Shown one piece after another: positions 47,120 through 56,146 of a stretch of DNA of 64,000 nucleotides (position 1 is the stretch's first letter; every line of letters starts with the position of its first letter). Below the pieces are notes generated by a model. It ran no database searches, was not told where the DNA came from, and worked only from the letters and a program-made list of their open reading frames with translations. Both the position numbers and the translations under genes were made by a program. Location: positions 10,373 to 74,372 of the forward strand of contig DAGG01000032.1 in NCBI GenBank assembly GCA_002498125.1, given 5' to 3'. Origin of the DNA: Candidatus Woesearchaeota archaeon UBA525. Lineage in GTDB: Archaea; Nanobdellota; Nanobdellia; Woesearchaeales; UBA525.

Positions 47120-47913
47120 ATGTCCACCGGCGGTCGCTGTGATTTGATCATGAGGAGGAACACGAACTGGACGAGGATGTTCGCGCCAAGGATGAGACCG
47201 AAGAGGAGCAGGCCCATCTCTATACCGATGAATGTTGCGAGCACGAGGAGCATGATTGTGCCGAGTGATGGGACGATGATGGCCGCCATCATGTAGAACA
47301 TAGCCATCGGGTTGAGCTTGCGGCCGTACTCACTAACCAGGATTTGCTGCTCGCGCACTATCTGGTCGACGACGTTGTTGAGCGCAGGACCGACCTCGCT
47401 GCCAGTCTTGAGCGAGTTGAGGATCTGCCAGAAAACACGACGCAGGTCATTCGATGGCGCAAGCTGGACTGCTTCGTTAAGCGCCTCCTCCATCGAAGTG
47501 CCGAGGTCGACACGCTGAATGACCTCGCTGAAGTAGCGGCCGATGGTCTCGTAGTTGCGCCCCATGTTCTGGAACGCCGTGTACATGGGTACGCCAGACT
47601 CTATCTCGATGATGAGGAAGCGGCCGGCGAACACGACCTCCTTGCTAATCTCCTTCTGGATACGCGAGATAGCGGCGTCGGCCCGGTGGAGGAAGTAGAA
47701 GAAGGACATGCCGTAGAGGATGGGGAACGCCAGCAGCATCGCAGGGTTCTTCGTGAAGGAGAACAGGATGATCGTGAGCCCTAGCGCGAGGAATGCGCTG
47801 ATGAAGAAGGTCTTCTGAACATAGTACTCAGGAGTCTCCTGAATCTGGGCCTGCGCGAGCTTGAGGCGCAGGTCAGGGAGCTTCTGTGCGACGAGTTTGT
47901 AGATGACAGCCAA
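47116..47913 (-). CDS. TadB-like (T2SS-F) pilus platform protein
   Basis: IESGVP, GTSMEEAL, EYGRKLNP. Confidence 0.85.
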   Translation of the reverse strand: MAVIYKLVAQKLPDLRLKLAQAQIQETPEYYVQKTFFISAFLALGLTIILFSFTKNPAMLLAFPILYGMSFFYFLHRADAAISRIQKEISKEVVFAGRFLIIEIESGVPMYTAFQNMGRNYETIGRYFSEVIQRVDLGTSMEEALNEAVQLAPSNDLRRVFWQILNSLKTGSEVGPALNNVVDQIVREQQILVSEYGRKLNPMAMFYMMAAIIVPSLGTIMLLVLATFIGIEMGLLLFGLILGANILVQFVFLLMIKSQRPPVDI

Positions 47914-47919
47914 ATTCCC

Positions 47920-49566
47920 TCACTTGTGATGCGTCTGCGGCGGGAGGTGCGTTGGTTTCTGGACGGGAACGTCAGGCACTACCACAGGCTCTGGCGGCTT
48001 CACCGCAGGCTTTGGAGGATTGAAGGGCTTGTTCGCCTTCACGTACTTCATCAGGTTCGCCTTATCAGTGTAGTACTCCCCGATGATCATACCGACAGCA
48101 TCCACATCGATGACATCCTGCTTGACAAGGTACTTGATGACCTCCTCCTTCTCCCTGATCTCCTTGTGGATCTCCGCGTCACTGTATCCTGTATAGAGCT
48201 TGAGGTTATCGAAAAACTGGCGCGACTTGCCCTTGCGGACGAGCGCGTCCTTCTTCGAATCGTATTGCAGGAGCACGTTGGCCTTGGAATCGCGCGTAAT
48301 CTCCGCTATCTGGAATGTACGACGATTGCCAGTCCTCCTATTGCGGAACTGCACGATGATGAGAGAGATCGCCGGCAGCATGATGGGGGGCACGTCAATC
48401 GGCGGGTTCGTGAGGCGGTCGATGGCCTCATCGGCGTTGTTCGCGTGGAACGTCGCGTAAACCGAGTGGCCTGTATGGATCGCCTCGAAGAGCGTCTCCG
48501 CCTCCTGTCGACGGCGTACTTCGCCGACGATGATGCGATCAGGGCGCATACGCAAGGAGTTCACGAGAAGGTCTCCCATGCTCACCTGTCCTTTGCCTTC
48601 GGCATTCGGAAGGCGCGTGTTCATCGGCACCCAATGGAGGAATGACGGCAACTGTATCTCGCGCGTGTCCTCGATGCTGATGATGCGTTGATTCGGAGGG
48701 AAGAAGTTTGCGAAGCAGTTCATGGCTGAGGTCTTTCCTGAAGCGGTTCCGCCAGCGATGATGCAACTCATCTCGTAGTGGATGGCCATCCATAGCCACG
48801 CGGCGGCCTCAGGCGAGATGGTGTCGCTCTTGATGAGCCGTGTGATGGTCCAGGGGTCACGGCTGAACTTGCGGATGGTCATGGTATTACCGTTCGTGCT
48901 GATCGGCGAGAGCGTGGCGTTGACACGGTCACCCTTGTTCAGCGACGCGTCCAGGAGCGGCTCGAGGACTGTGATCTGGCGTCCTACCTTGCGGCCGATG
49001 ATGCTCGCGTAGTGGCGGATCTGCTCCTCATCACGCAAGTAGATGGTGGTTCGCAGCCATCCGTGCTGCTTGTGGTATACCCACACAGGCTCTGTCGCCT
49101 GGTTGATGACGATCTCCTCCAGGTTCCTGTCGTCCATGAGGAGTTCAATCGTGCCTAAGCCCAGCGCCTTGGCGATAAGGTACGATGTCAAGAACCCTTG
49201 CGTCGTCGCGTCCTGATCAGGGAAGTACTTGGCGACGAGCGTCCTGATGGTGTCTTGGAACTTCTGCTCCACAGCCTCGGTGTTCTTCGTCTCGATGATG
49301 TCGATGATGCCGAGGTTCACCTGCTTGATGAGTTCCAGGCGGATGCGCTCGAGGATGAACTCCGTAGTCTTGGATATCGAAGCGATGCTCACCTCATATG
49401 TCGGGACGAACTCCTGCTGATCCTTTCGGATGGTGATCCGGATGGGGATGTCCTTGGACATGTACTCATATGTGGCGATAGCGCCGCCAGAAACCTTCTG
49501 CATGTGCGCAGCAGGCATCAACTTGACTTTGGTCTTGCGAGCCTTAGAATGCGATTTTGCCAACAC
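47920..49566 (-). CDS. type IV pilus assembly ATPase (TadA/CpaF)
   Basis: GGTASGKT, SIEDTRE, LRMRPDRIIVGEVR, TGH..TFHA. Confidence 0.93.
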   Translation of the reverse strand: MLAKSHSKARKTKVKLMPAAHMQKVSGGAIATYEYMSKDIPIRITIRKDQQEFVPTYEVSIASISKTTEFILERIRLELIKQVNLGIIDIIETKNTEAVEQKFQDTIRTLVAKYFPDQDATTQGFLTSYLIAKALGLGTIELLMDDRNLEEIVINQATEPVWVYHKQHGWLRTTIYLRDEEQIRHYASIIGRKVGRQITVLEPLLDASLNKGDRVNATLSPISTNGNTMTIRKFSRDPWTITRLIKSDTISPEAAAWLWMAIHYEMSCIIAGGTASGKTSAMNCFANFFPPNQRIISIEDTREIQLPSFLHWVPMNTRLPNAEGKGQVSMGDLLVNSLRMRPDRIIVGEVRRRQEAETLFEAIHTGHSVYATFHANNADEAIDRLTNPPIDVPPIMLPAISLIIVQFRNRRTGNRRTFQIAEITRDSKANVLLQYDSKKDALVRKGKSRQFFDNLKLYTGYSDAEIHKEIREKEEVIKYLVKQDVIDVDAVGMIIGEYYTDKANLMKYVKANKPFNPPKPAVKPPEPVVVPDVPVQKPTHLPPQTHHK

Positions 49567-49639
49567 CCACCTCTCACCTCTCCTCCGAGTGAGGAGTATT
49601 TAAAGGTTATTGTCGCCCGCGCGAGCCGGCGAGCGTAGC

Positions 49640-50386
49640 TCAATAGAGCAGATCGCGCAAGCGGCGGAGGAGGGAGGGTTCGTGTGCAGGAGGCTGCTTC
49701 CACTCGTTGAATCCATCGATTTGCGAAGGAGAAGGTACGAGCGAGAAATCCTGCCCCGGACGGAAATGAGAATACCAAGATTTGTCCTTCATCTCACGCC
49801 CTGCCATCGTGCCTACATAGTGAAATATGGAGACGTCTGTCTCCATACGTAAAGAAGAGGGGTAGCTGTCGCAATCGATACCTTCATGGAACAGGAACTC
49901 CCAGACTTCATCCACGAATCGCGGATTGCCGTCTGTGCGGAAGAGGCGTGGATTATGTCCCCACCCTCTCCCTTCCATAGGCCTTACCTTGCCAGTGAAG
50001 AGCGAAGCCCGATGCGTCACGTTGATGAAACGGAGATCATACTGCATCATCCGCCCCTCCATCAGTTCAGCGAGACGGAGGTATCCTTCAGGTCTGATCC
50101 GTTCGTCGGCATCGAGAACAAGCGCATATGGAGTCCTGACATGCTTCAGGCTCATGTTCCTGCTGCTCGCATATCCATTGAAGACGTGGTCGAACACACG
50201 CAAGTGCGGATAACGGCTCTGCGCTTCCTCAAGCGCTTCCCTTGTGCCATCGGCAGAACCGGTGTCGAGGATGACTGCCTCTTCGACATAAGGTACTGTG
50301 CAATCCAGGAAATCGACGATGCCTCCTGCAGGATTCACCATCTCATCGCGGACTATCGCCGCTAGCGACACCCCTACCAACCCCAT
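49640..50386 (-). CDS. glycosyltransferase family 2
   Basis: IVRDE, LDTGSADGT, SRN, LVLDADE. Confidence 0.85.
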   Translation of the reverse strand: MGLVGVSLAAIVRDEMVNPAGGIVDFLDCTVPYVEEAVILDTGSADGTREALEEAQSRYPHLRVFDHVFNGYASSRNMSLKHVRTPYALVLDADERIRPEGYLRLAELMEGRMMQYDLRFINVTHRASLFTGKVRPMEGRGWGHNPRLFRTDGNPRFVDEVWEFLFHEGIDCDSYPSSLRMETDVSIFHYVGTMAGREMKDKSWYSHFRPGQDFSLVPSPSQIDGFNEWKQPPAHEPSLLRRLRDLLY

Positions 50387-50464
50387 GAAAGAGAGGAGTG
50401 GTTTACTCCTTAAAAATCGCTCGGAGCAGAAGTGTTTAAAAATCCAGCTCACTGCGGGAGAGTC

Positions 50465-50887
50465 ATGGCGTACTACGACCCGACGGAGCTGACGCTCATC
50501 CTGCCAGTAGCTGTCGCAGCGCTCTTCGGTAGCCTCATCGGCATTGAGCGCGAGATGCGCCACAAGCCCGCAGGCATCGGCACGAACCTGCTCATCTGCG
50601 CAGGCGCATGCATCTTCGCGCTCATCAGCGCACGCGTCGATCCTTACTCTCCCTCGCGCATTGCGAGCAACATCCTGACAGGTGTCGGCTTCATCGGCGC
50701 AGGACTCATCCTCAAGGATGATGGCGGCCACGTGCGCGGTCTCACGACGGCAGCAGGCATCTGGATGGCAGCCGCTATCGGCATGGCGATCGGGTACAAC
50801 TACTACCTGCTCGCAGCCACAGGCACACTCTTCGCTGTCTTCGCGCCGAGATTCCCTGGCTGGTTCAACAAGGACCCGCAAGTGTGA
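50465..50887 (+). CDS. MgtC/SapB family membrane protein
   Basis: IGIERE..KPAG, RIASNILTGVGFIGAG, GLTTAAGIW. Confidence 0.92.
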   Translation: MAYYDPTELTLILPVAVAALFGSLIGIEREMRHKPAGIGTNLLICAGACIFALISARVDPYSPSRIASNILTGVGFIGAGLILKDDGGHVRGLTTAAGIWMAAAIGMAIGYNYYLLAATGTLFAVFAPRFPGWFNKDPQV

Positions 50888-50993
50888 ATATGTTCTGACC
50901 ATATTCTGGACATCATCCTGCTTTGTGCACTGATCGTACCGACAAAGATAAAAGCCGGAGCCCATTCGCCGCAGAGGGTGAGAAGGGTGGAAT

Positions 50994-52196
50994 ATGGGTG
51001 GATGGGCAATAGGACTTCTTACGCTAGCGCTAGCAGGTAATCCTGCGCCAAAGAATGAGCTGACGCTCACCTATAGGAGCGGCGACGTTTTCGGGAACGC
51101 GCCAGTGCAGCACGTGCTCGGTAAGACTGAGTTCGGTAAGTACAGTGTTTTCGGCGGCTTCACAAAGCCAGGCGTTGACAGGCCAGACCTTCCGCTGCAG
51201 GCAGAGGAAGCGTTCGCCGGAGTGCAGCGCGGAAATCTCGCCTTGGCAATCAAGAGCGGCGATGCCCATGCGCTCAGCCTCGATTACAATGGCCGTCTCA
51301 GCGGGACGATCAATGTCGAGCAGACGGGAGACATGACAGACTACACCCCGCTGTACACTGACGACATCCGCGCCTATGGCGAGCTGCGCTGGCAGGCGAT
51401 GCCATCACTGGGGCTGCGCGCCTTCGGCGGCAAGCAGTCAACACCCGATCTCCAGCGCAGGGGTATCGATTTCGTCAGGCCATCGTGGCTTCCCGAACAG
51501 TTGATAGGATATGACACACTCTACGATCGCATGCTCGGACTGCGCTCGCCGCAGGACCTGGTCGGCGCAGGGCTGCGTTATGAGCGCGGCGAGCAAGCGC
51601 TTGACATCGCGCTCTCCAGCGGCGAGCAGCTCGACTTCCTGGGCGATTCTGCAGGGTTCACGGGCCTCGACCTTGATTTCACGCATGACGGTAAGGAGTT
51701 CGACGGCAGCGCGCTCGTATCGCTACGCCAGCACGACCTGTTCCACGAGGAGTATGAGAGCCGCGTGAAGCTGCAGGGACGATGGCACATCGGCCGCGGT
51801 GGCGCAGCCTTGGGCGTTTACACGCACGGCACGCACCCAGAAATTTTCGACAGTGTGCTGAACAGCGGAGTGCGCGGAGGCGCTTTCGACATGACGTTCC
51901 CTGTTGGCGAGAGGAAGATCACGGCGTTCGGTCTCTATGACCAGGATGTCGGCATGAACCAGAGCACGATGCGCACTGGCTTGACGCTCGGGACCGGCAG
52001 CGGTCAGTACACTGCAGGAGTTCGGCAGGACACATCACCGAACAGGCGTTTCGACGAGAAATCAATGGGATACTTCGTCGGAGTCAAACGTGACACAGAG
52101 CGTTTTGGCATCGACGCGATGATAGGATCACAGCCAGGAATCCGTGGTGTTGAGGACCAGCTCTACGGCAGCATCACAGTGAACATGAGGCGATAG
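50994..52196 (+). CDS. secreted beta-strand-rich protein (beta-barrel-like)
   Basis: Signal peptide; many amphipathic Gly/aromatic strands. Confidence 0.6.
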   Translation: MGGWAIGLLTLALAGNPAPKNELTLTYRSGDVFGNAPVQHVLGKTEFGKYSVFGGFTKPGVDRPDLPLQAEEAFAGVQRGNLALAIKSGDAHALSLDYNGRLSGTINVEQTGDMTDYTPLYTDDIRAYGELRWQAMPSLGLRAFGGKQSTPDLQRRGIDFVRPSWLPEQLIGYDTLYDRMLGLRSPQDLVGAGLRYERGEQALDIALSSGEQLDFLGDSAGFTGLDLDFTHDGKEFDGSALVSLRQHDLFHEEYESRVKLQGRWHIGRGGAALGVYTHGTHPEIFDSVLNSGVRGGAFDMTFPVGERKITAFGLYDQDVGMNQSTMRTGLTLGTGSGQYTAGVRQDTSPNRRFDEKSMGYFVGVKRDTERFGIDAMIGSQPGIRGVEDQLYGSITVNMRR

Positions 52197-52197
52197 C

Positions 52198-53190
52198 ATG
52201 AGGATGACGGCAATAGCACTCACAGCGATACTGGCAGCGACATCTGTGGACGCGAGAATCAGGCCCGTGAAAAAGCCTAGTGTCCCTGCTTCGATCGAAG
52301 CCACGCTTCCCGGACCGGTGAGCGAGTACGGTCCTGGGCCGAAAGATTTCGCGACCGGTATCCACAATTGCGGGCAGGGCTGCGCAGACGAGGCAGCGCT
52401 CGTGCTCGACAGGCTCCAGCCCCGTTGGGTGCGTGTCGGAGTAGCGAACAACGTCTACGGCACAGTTGAGGAGATGCGTATGGACCCGATGATGCTCGAG
52501 CTCCAGCAACGCGGCATAAAGGTCATGTACACAATCAATGGGACTGATGCCGAGCGCGTCGACCCGGCAGTCACGATGGAGCGCTTGCGCAAGACCATGG
52601 CCGCTTACCCACAGGTCGAGTACATCCAGCTCCTGAACGAGCCGGTGAACATGAACGACATGGATCCGGTCTCCTATGTGCGGGACATCATCAAGCCTGG
52701 ACGCGCGCTCATCGATGCTGAGAACACAGAGCGCGCGAAAAGTAACCTCCCGCCGATCAAGCTCGTCAGCACGGGGTTCTATGGCTTGGACCGCGGTGTG
52801 GAACAGACGCGTGCCGCACTCGCGGCAGGCATGGGCAGATACATCGACATCCTCGGCGTACACCTCTATGCGGAGAACTCTGTTGATAACGCGAAGCGGT
52901 ACCGTGACATGGCAAGCAGCTTGCCGATTTTCGTGACTGAATATGGTGAGAACAGCTTCGCAAATCACGAGCAGTGGTACTTCGAGGTGGGCGCGCAGAT
53001 AGAGAAGGCCATCGGAGGGCCGACGTTCACAGACCGCAGGGGAGTGACGCACGAACAGCCGCTCCTCTGGTACGTCCTCGCAGGGGATAGGGAGTTCCGT
53101 CTCGTGGACTACTGGCGCGAGGAGGACGGCACGCTCAAGCATAAGTACACGAGTCCTCTCGGCGACAAGCTCGAGATCAGGCCGCGATAA
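52198..53190 (+). CDS. secreted clan GH-A-like glycoside hydrolase
   Basis: Signal peptide; LNEP (acid/base), GVHLY, VTEYG (nucleophile). Confidence 0.7.
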   Translation: MRMTAIALTAILAATSVDARIRPVKKPSVPASIEATLPGPVSEYGPGPKDFATGIHNCGQGCADEAALVLDRLQPRWVRVGVANNVYGTVEEMRMDPMMLELQQRGIKVMYTINGTDAERVDPAVTMERLRKTMAAYPQVEYIQLLNEPVNMNDMDPVSYVRDIIKPGRALIDAENTERAKSNLPPIKLVSTGFYGLDRGVEQTRAALAAGMGRYIDILGVHLYAENSVDNAKRYRDMASSLPIFVTEYGENSFANHEQWYFEVGAQIEKAIGGPTFTDRRGVTHEQPLLWYVLAGDREFRLVDYWREEDGTLKHKYTSPLGDKLEIRPR

Positions 53191-53213
53191 CTTTTTTCAT
53201 TGGTTTTCCCCTA

Positions 53214-53312
53214 CGCTGCGGCGGATGCACTCATTCATGGTTTCAGCCCGTCACTGTCAAGATTCGCTTTGCTCATCTTGTCGCCGGGCTTCAGAGTTAC
53301 GCCAAGGCAGCG
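53214..53312 (-). ncRNA. novel structured RNA motif, copy B
   Basis: CGCTGC-CTT-GGCG-TAACT-CTGA-AGCCCG-GCGA-CAAGAT..ATCTTG-ACAGTGA-CGGGCT-GAAAC..CGCC-GCAGCG. Confidence 0.75.
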
Positions 53313-53356
53313 ACAATATGGAAGATGCAAAGTCCTTAGAACTCCTATAGAACTAT

Positions 53357-54661
53357 CTATCTCTTCTTTTTCTTGACGGTTTTCTTGGCGGATTTCTTCA
53401 CCGTCTTCTTCGGCGCGGGTTTCTTCACGGGTTTCTTAGCGGGAGATCTCACCGGTTTAGACTTCTGAGTCTTGGGCTTCACATCTGACTTGGCTTTCGC
53501 GGCATTGTCGTCCTTTCCCATGATGATAGACTTCAGGTTCTCGAGTTGCGTGGCGAACGCTCCCTTCTTCTTGTCGAAGTCCTTGAACTTGCCCTCGAGG
53601 TCCTTGATGTGGGCGTTCGTGTCCGCCCCCTTCGCCGCGAGGTCGAACGCTTTCGCTTTCCTGATGAGGTCGTTGAGCTCCTCCTTCATCTCCGCCTTCG
53701 CCTTCTCGAGCTCCTTGATGGTGCTCTCTGTCTTGGCGCGGCGCTCGAAGAACGTCTGGAAACGTTTGGCTATCTCCTCCGACTGGTCCTGAACCTCCTG
53801 CAGCTCGCTGCGACGCTGCTTGACCTTCGCGACAATCTCATCCTGGATGCGCATGATGCGGCCTTCCTGGTCCCTGCTGACCTTCAGGAGCGGCTCGATC
53901 TCCTTCACCTTGCGCTCCTTGATATCGTTCTCGAGTGTCTCAGCGAAGTCGCGTAGCCGCACGAGGCGTTCCTCATGCACCTTCACTGCGTCAGCCTGAC
54001 CTGAGAGACGTGACTTCACCGACTTCACTATGTCCTGCAACGCATCGATGCGCTTGGTCAGCTCATCCTCCTCGCGCTTGACATCGCTGAACTCACCGGC
54101 CTCGGCTTTCAGCTTCTTCGTCTCCTCGCCGATCTCATCGATGAGTTTAGAGTACCGTTTCTCCTCGACGAGTACTCGCTGGTGCACCTCATCAAGCGTC
54201 TTCTGGTAGTCCACCTTCTGCTTGAGGATATCCTGATCGATGGATTTCTTCAGTTCCTCGTAATGACGCAGCTGCTCGATCTCATCTTTGACCTGATCAA
54301 TCTCATCGCCGATCTGGTCCTTGAGCGAGTAGTACTGCGTCTTGATGCTCTCGAAATCAGCAGTCTCGCTCTCGAGCTGCTTGAGTGTAGCGTCGACGCG
54401 TCGCGTGAACGCCTCTTTCTTGCTGTCGTACTCCTTGCTCTTCTTCTCAACCTCTGTCTTAGTGAGGCGTTTCTCTATGAGGAATGTCTTCGATAGCGAG
54501 TACTGCACGCCGACAAGGCCTTCCTGCTCGAGGAACTCAGCCCACTCCTGGACCACCGCCGGCTCGACATTGAGCTGCTTTGCAGCCTCACCGAGCTCTA
54601 TCTTCTTCTCCTTCGCGATGATCTTCACGAGCTTGTCAACGCCCGTCTCTATACTGGCCAT
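53357..54661 (-). CDS. wHTH-like domain + long coiled coil + Lys-rich tail protein
   Basis: IETGVDKLV..AAKQL.V....VQEWAEFLE; KKPVKK tail. Confidence 0.8.
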   Translation of the reverse strand: MASIETGVDKLVKIIAKEKKIELGEAAKQLNVEPAVVQEWAEFLEQEGLVGVQYSLSKTFLIEKRLTKTEVEKKSKEYDSKKEAFTRRVDATLKQLESETADFESIKTQYYSLKDQIGDEIDQVKDEIEQLRHYEELKKSIDQDILKQKVDYQKTLDEVHQRVLVEEKRYSKLIDEIGEETKKLKAEAGEFSDVKREEDELTKRIDALQDIVKSVKSRLSGQADAVKVHEERLVRLRDFAETLENDIKERKVKEIEPLLKVSRDQEGRIMRIQDEIVAKVKQRRSELQEVQDQSEEIAKRFQTFFERRAKTESTIKELEKAKAEMKEELNDLIRKAKAFDLAAKGADTNAHIKDLEGKFKDFDKKKGAFATQLENLKSIIMGKDDNAAKAKSDVKPKTQKSKPVRSPAKKPVKKPAPKKTVKKSAKKTVKKKKR

Positions 54662-54701
54662 GTGTTTCTCGTCGGGAGCCGCATATATAAGATTGACGTA
54701 T

Positions 54702-55157
54702 TCATTCCAGAATGGTGACGAGCAGGATGATGATCGCGGCGAGCGCGAGCGAGAGGCCTATCTGCACAGTCCAGAACAGTAGATGATGGTGCCATCGCCA
54801 GAACGCGCTGCGCACAGGCTGGGGCAGCGCCACAGCATCACCGATACGGGTGCTTGTGCGAGCGATGGTGCCGGCAGGCAGCTCCACGATCGCCGACGCT
54901 GCTACGCGCGGATTCCACGTGCGCCAGGGAAGCAACCGCTCCTTCAACGCGACCACCTTTCCACCACCATCGAGCACCAGGATATCTATGGGCGCGAAGA
55001 CAAACCACATGTGTGGCACCTCTTTGCGCTGCGGCATGAAGAGCAGCACGAGGCATTCATCATGCGGCTTACGGAACATGAGACCGAGCGCCTGCTCTAT
55101 GCGTGTGATTGCCCACGCAGGATGCTTATGCAGCACGATGCCGCGCGTCCTATTCAT
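54702..55157 (-). CDS. DUF192 family protein with a C-terminal TM helix
   Basis: GLMFR, HMWFVFAPIDILVLD, IVELPAG, IGD. Confidence 0.8.
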   Translation of the reverse strand: MNRTRGIVLHKHPAWAITRIEQALGLMFRKPHDECLVLLFMPQRKEVPHMWFVFAPIDILVLDGGGKVVALKERLLPWRTWNPRVAASAIVELPAGTIARTSTRIGDAVALPQPVRSAFWRWHHHLLFWTVQIGLSLALAAIIILLVTILE

Positions 55158-55174
55158 CACCTCTCCTTTCCCGC

Positions 55175-56146
55175 TCATGGGCACGCACCGTAAGTCAGCT
55201 GCTGTTGAGCGCCAGAACGCACTTCGTAGACTTCGAGGTCTGATTCTGCAAGCTTGATACGCGACGGCAGATTCTGTATGCCGCACGCAGTGGCCTTGAC
55301 GCCGCTGAAGTAGCGGTAGTCCACGACAGAAGCAGTGCTGTTCACCGGCAGGCTCTGCGCTGCGAACTCGTCAGCGTCCACGAGCGATTCTATGCCGAAC
55401 TCGCTGTCCGAGAGGTTGCCGGCGAAACGCATGAGCATGCTCGGCCCACGGCCGGCTGCTGCATAATAGGAGTTATTGAAGTGCAGCATCAGTTCCGTCG
55501 TGTCATTCTTATTCCCTGCATCGTCAACAAAACCGCTGACGTTTGTAGGCTTGATGACACGCTGGATGCGACCATAGGTGCGGGAGGTGAAAAGCGGATC
55601 GCGCAGGTCAGCTACAGGAATGCTACCGGTGAAGCGTCGCTCTATGATCCAGCTCGCAGTCCCGCGGTTATCAGTCACATTGGCGGCGAGCGTGTAATCG
55701 ACTTGCACGTTCCACGGATCAGATTGCCAGAGAGTCACATTGGAGATGGTCGCGTTGAACGCTATACCTTGCTGCCCGGCCTCGTACTGGACACGTGCGA
55801 GGTACTCGTTGAAGCTTGAGTTCTCCATGATGAAATAGGAGGTGTTGGAGTAGGTCCCGTTGATGAATATCTGCTTGAAGACAGCATCGACATCAGCGAT
55901 AGGCTCACCGGTGCTCGTGATGTGCTGTTCCATCGCGATGAATGCGCGGAATCCTGCGATATAGGATGCGCGTTGGCTGTCCCTCTCCAGTCCTTTGATG
56001 AAACCGTCGATGGATCGCACGCGTTCCTCGACAGCCGTCTGCCTATCATGACCGTCATAGCGCGTCTGCGTGAAGAAGATGTTGGCGAGTGCCACGAGCA
56101 GCACGATGGTCACGAGCGTGTACATCACACCACGACGTCCTCTCAT
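55175..56146 (-). CDS. class III signal peptide protein (minor pilin-like)
   Basis: MRGRRG/VMYTL plus TM; DLRDPL. Confidence 0.75.
   Translation of the reverse strand: MRGRRGVMYTLVTIVLLVALANIFFTQTRYDGHDRQTAVEERVRSIDGFIKGLERDSQRASYIAGFRAFIAMEQHITSTGEPIADVDAVFKQIFINGTYSNTSYFIMENSSFNEYLARVQYEAGQQGIAFNATISNVTLWQSDPWNVQVDYTLAANVTDNRGTASWIIERRFTGSIPVADLRDPLFTSRTYGRIQRVIKPTNVSGFVDDAGNKNDTTELMLHFNNSYYAAAGRGPSMLMRFAGNLSDSEFGIESLVDADEFAAQSLPVNSTASVVDYRYFSGVKATACGIQNLPSRIKLAESDLEVYEVRSGAQQQLTYGACP

Noticed and set aside
30854-49566. Archaellum operon
   Set aside because: No recognisable archaellin, ArlH or ArlF/G; the ATPases and platforms are pilus/Tad-like
50387-51070. 476-aa version of the GT2 ORF
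   Set aside because: The upstream part is antisense to mgtC; the GT2 domain starts at 50386
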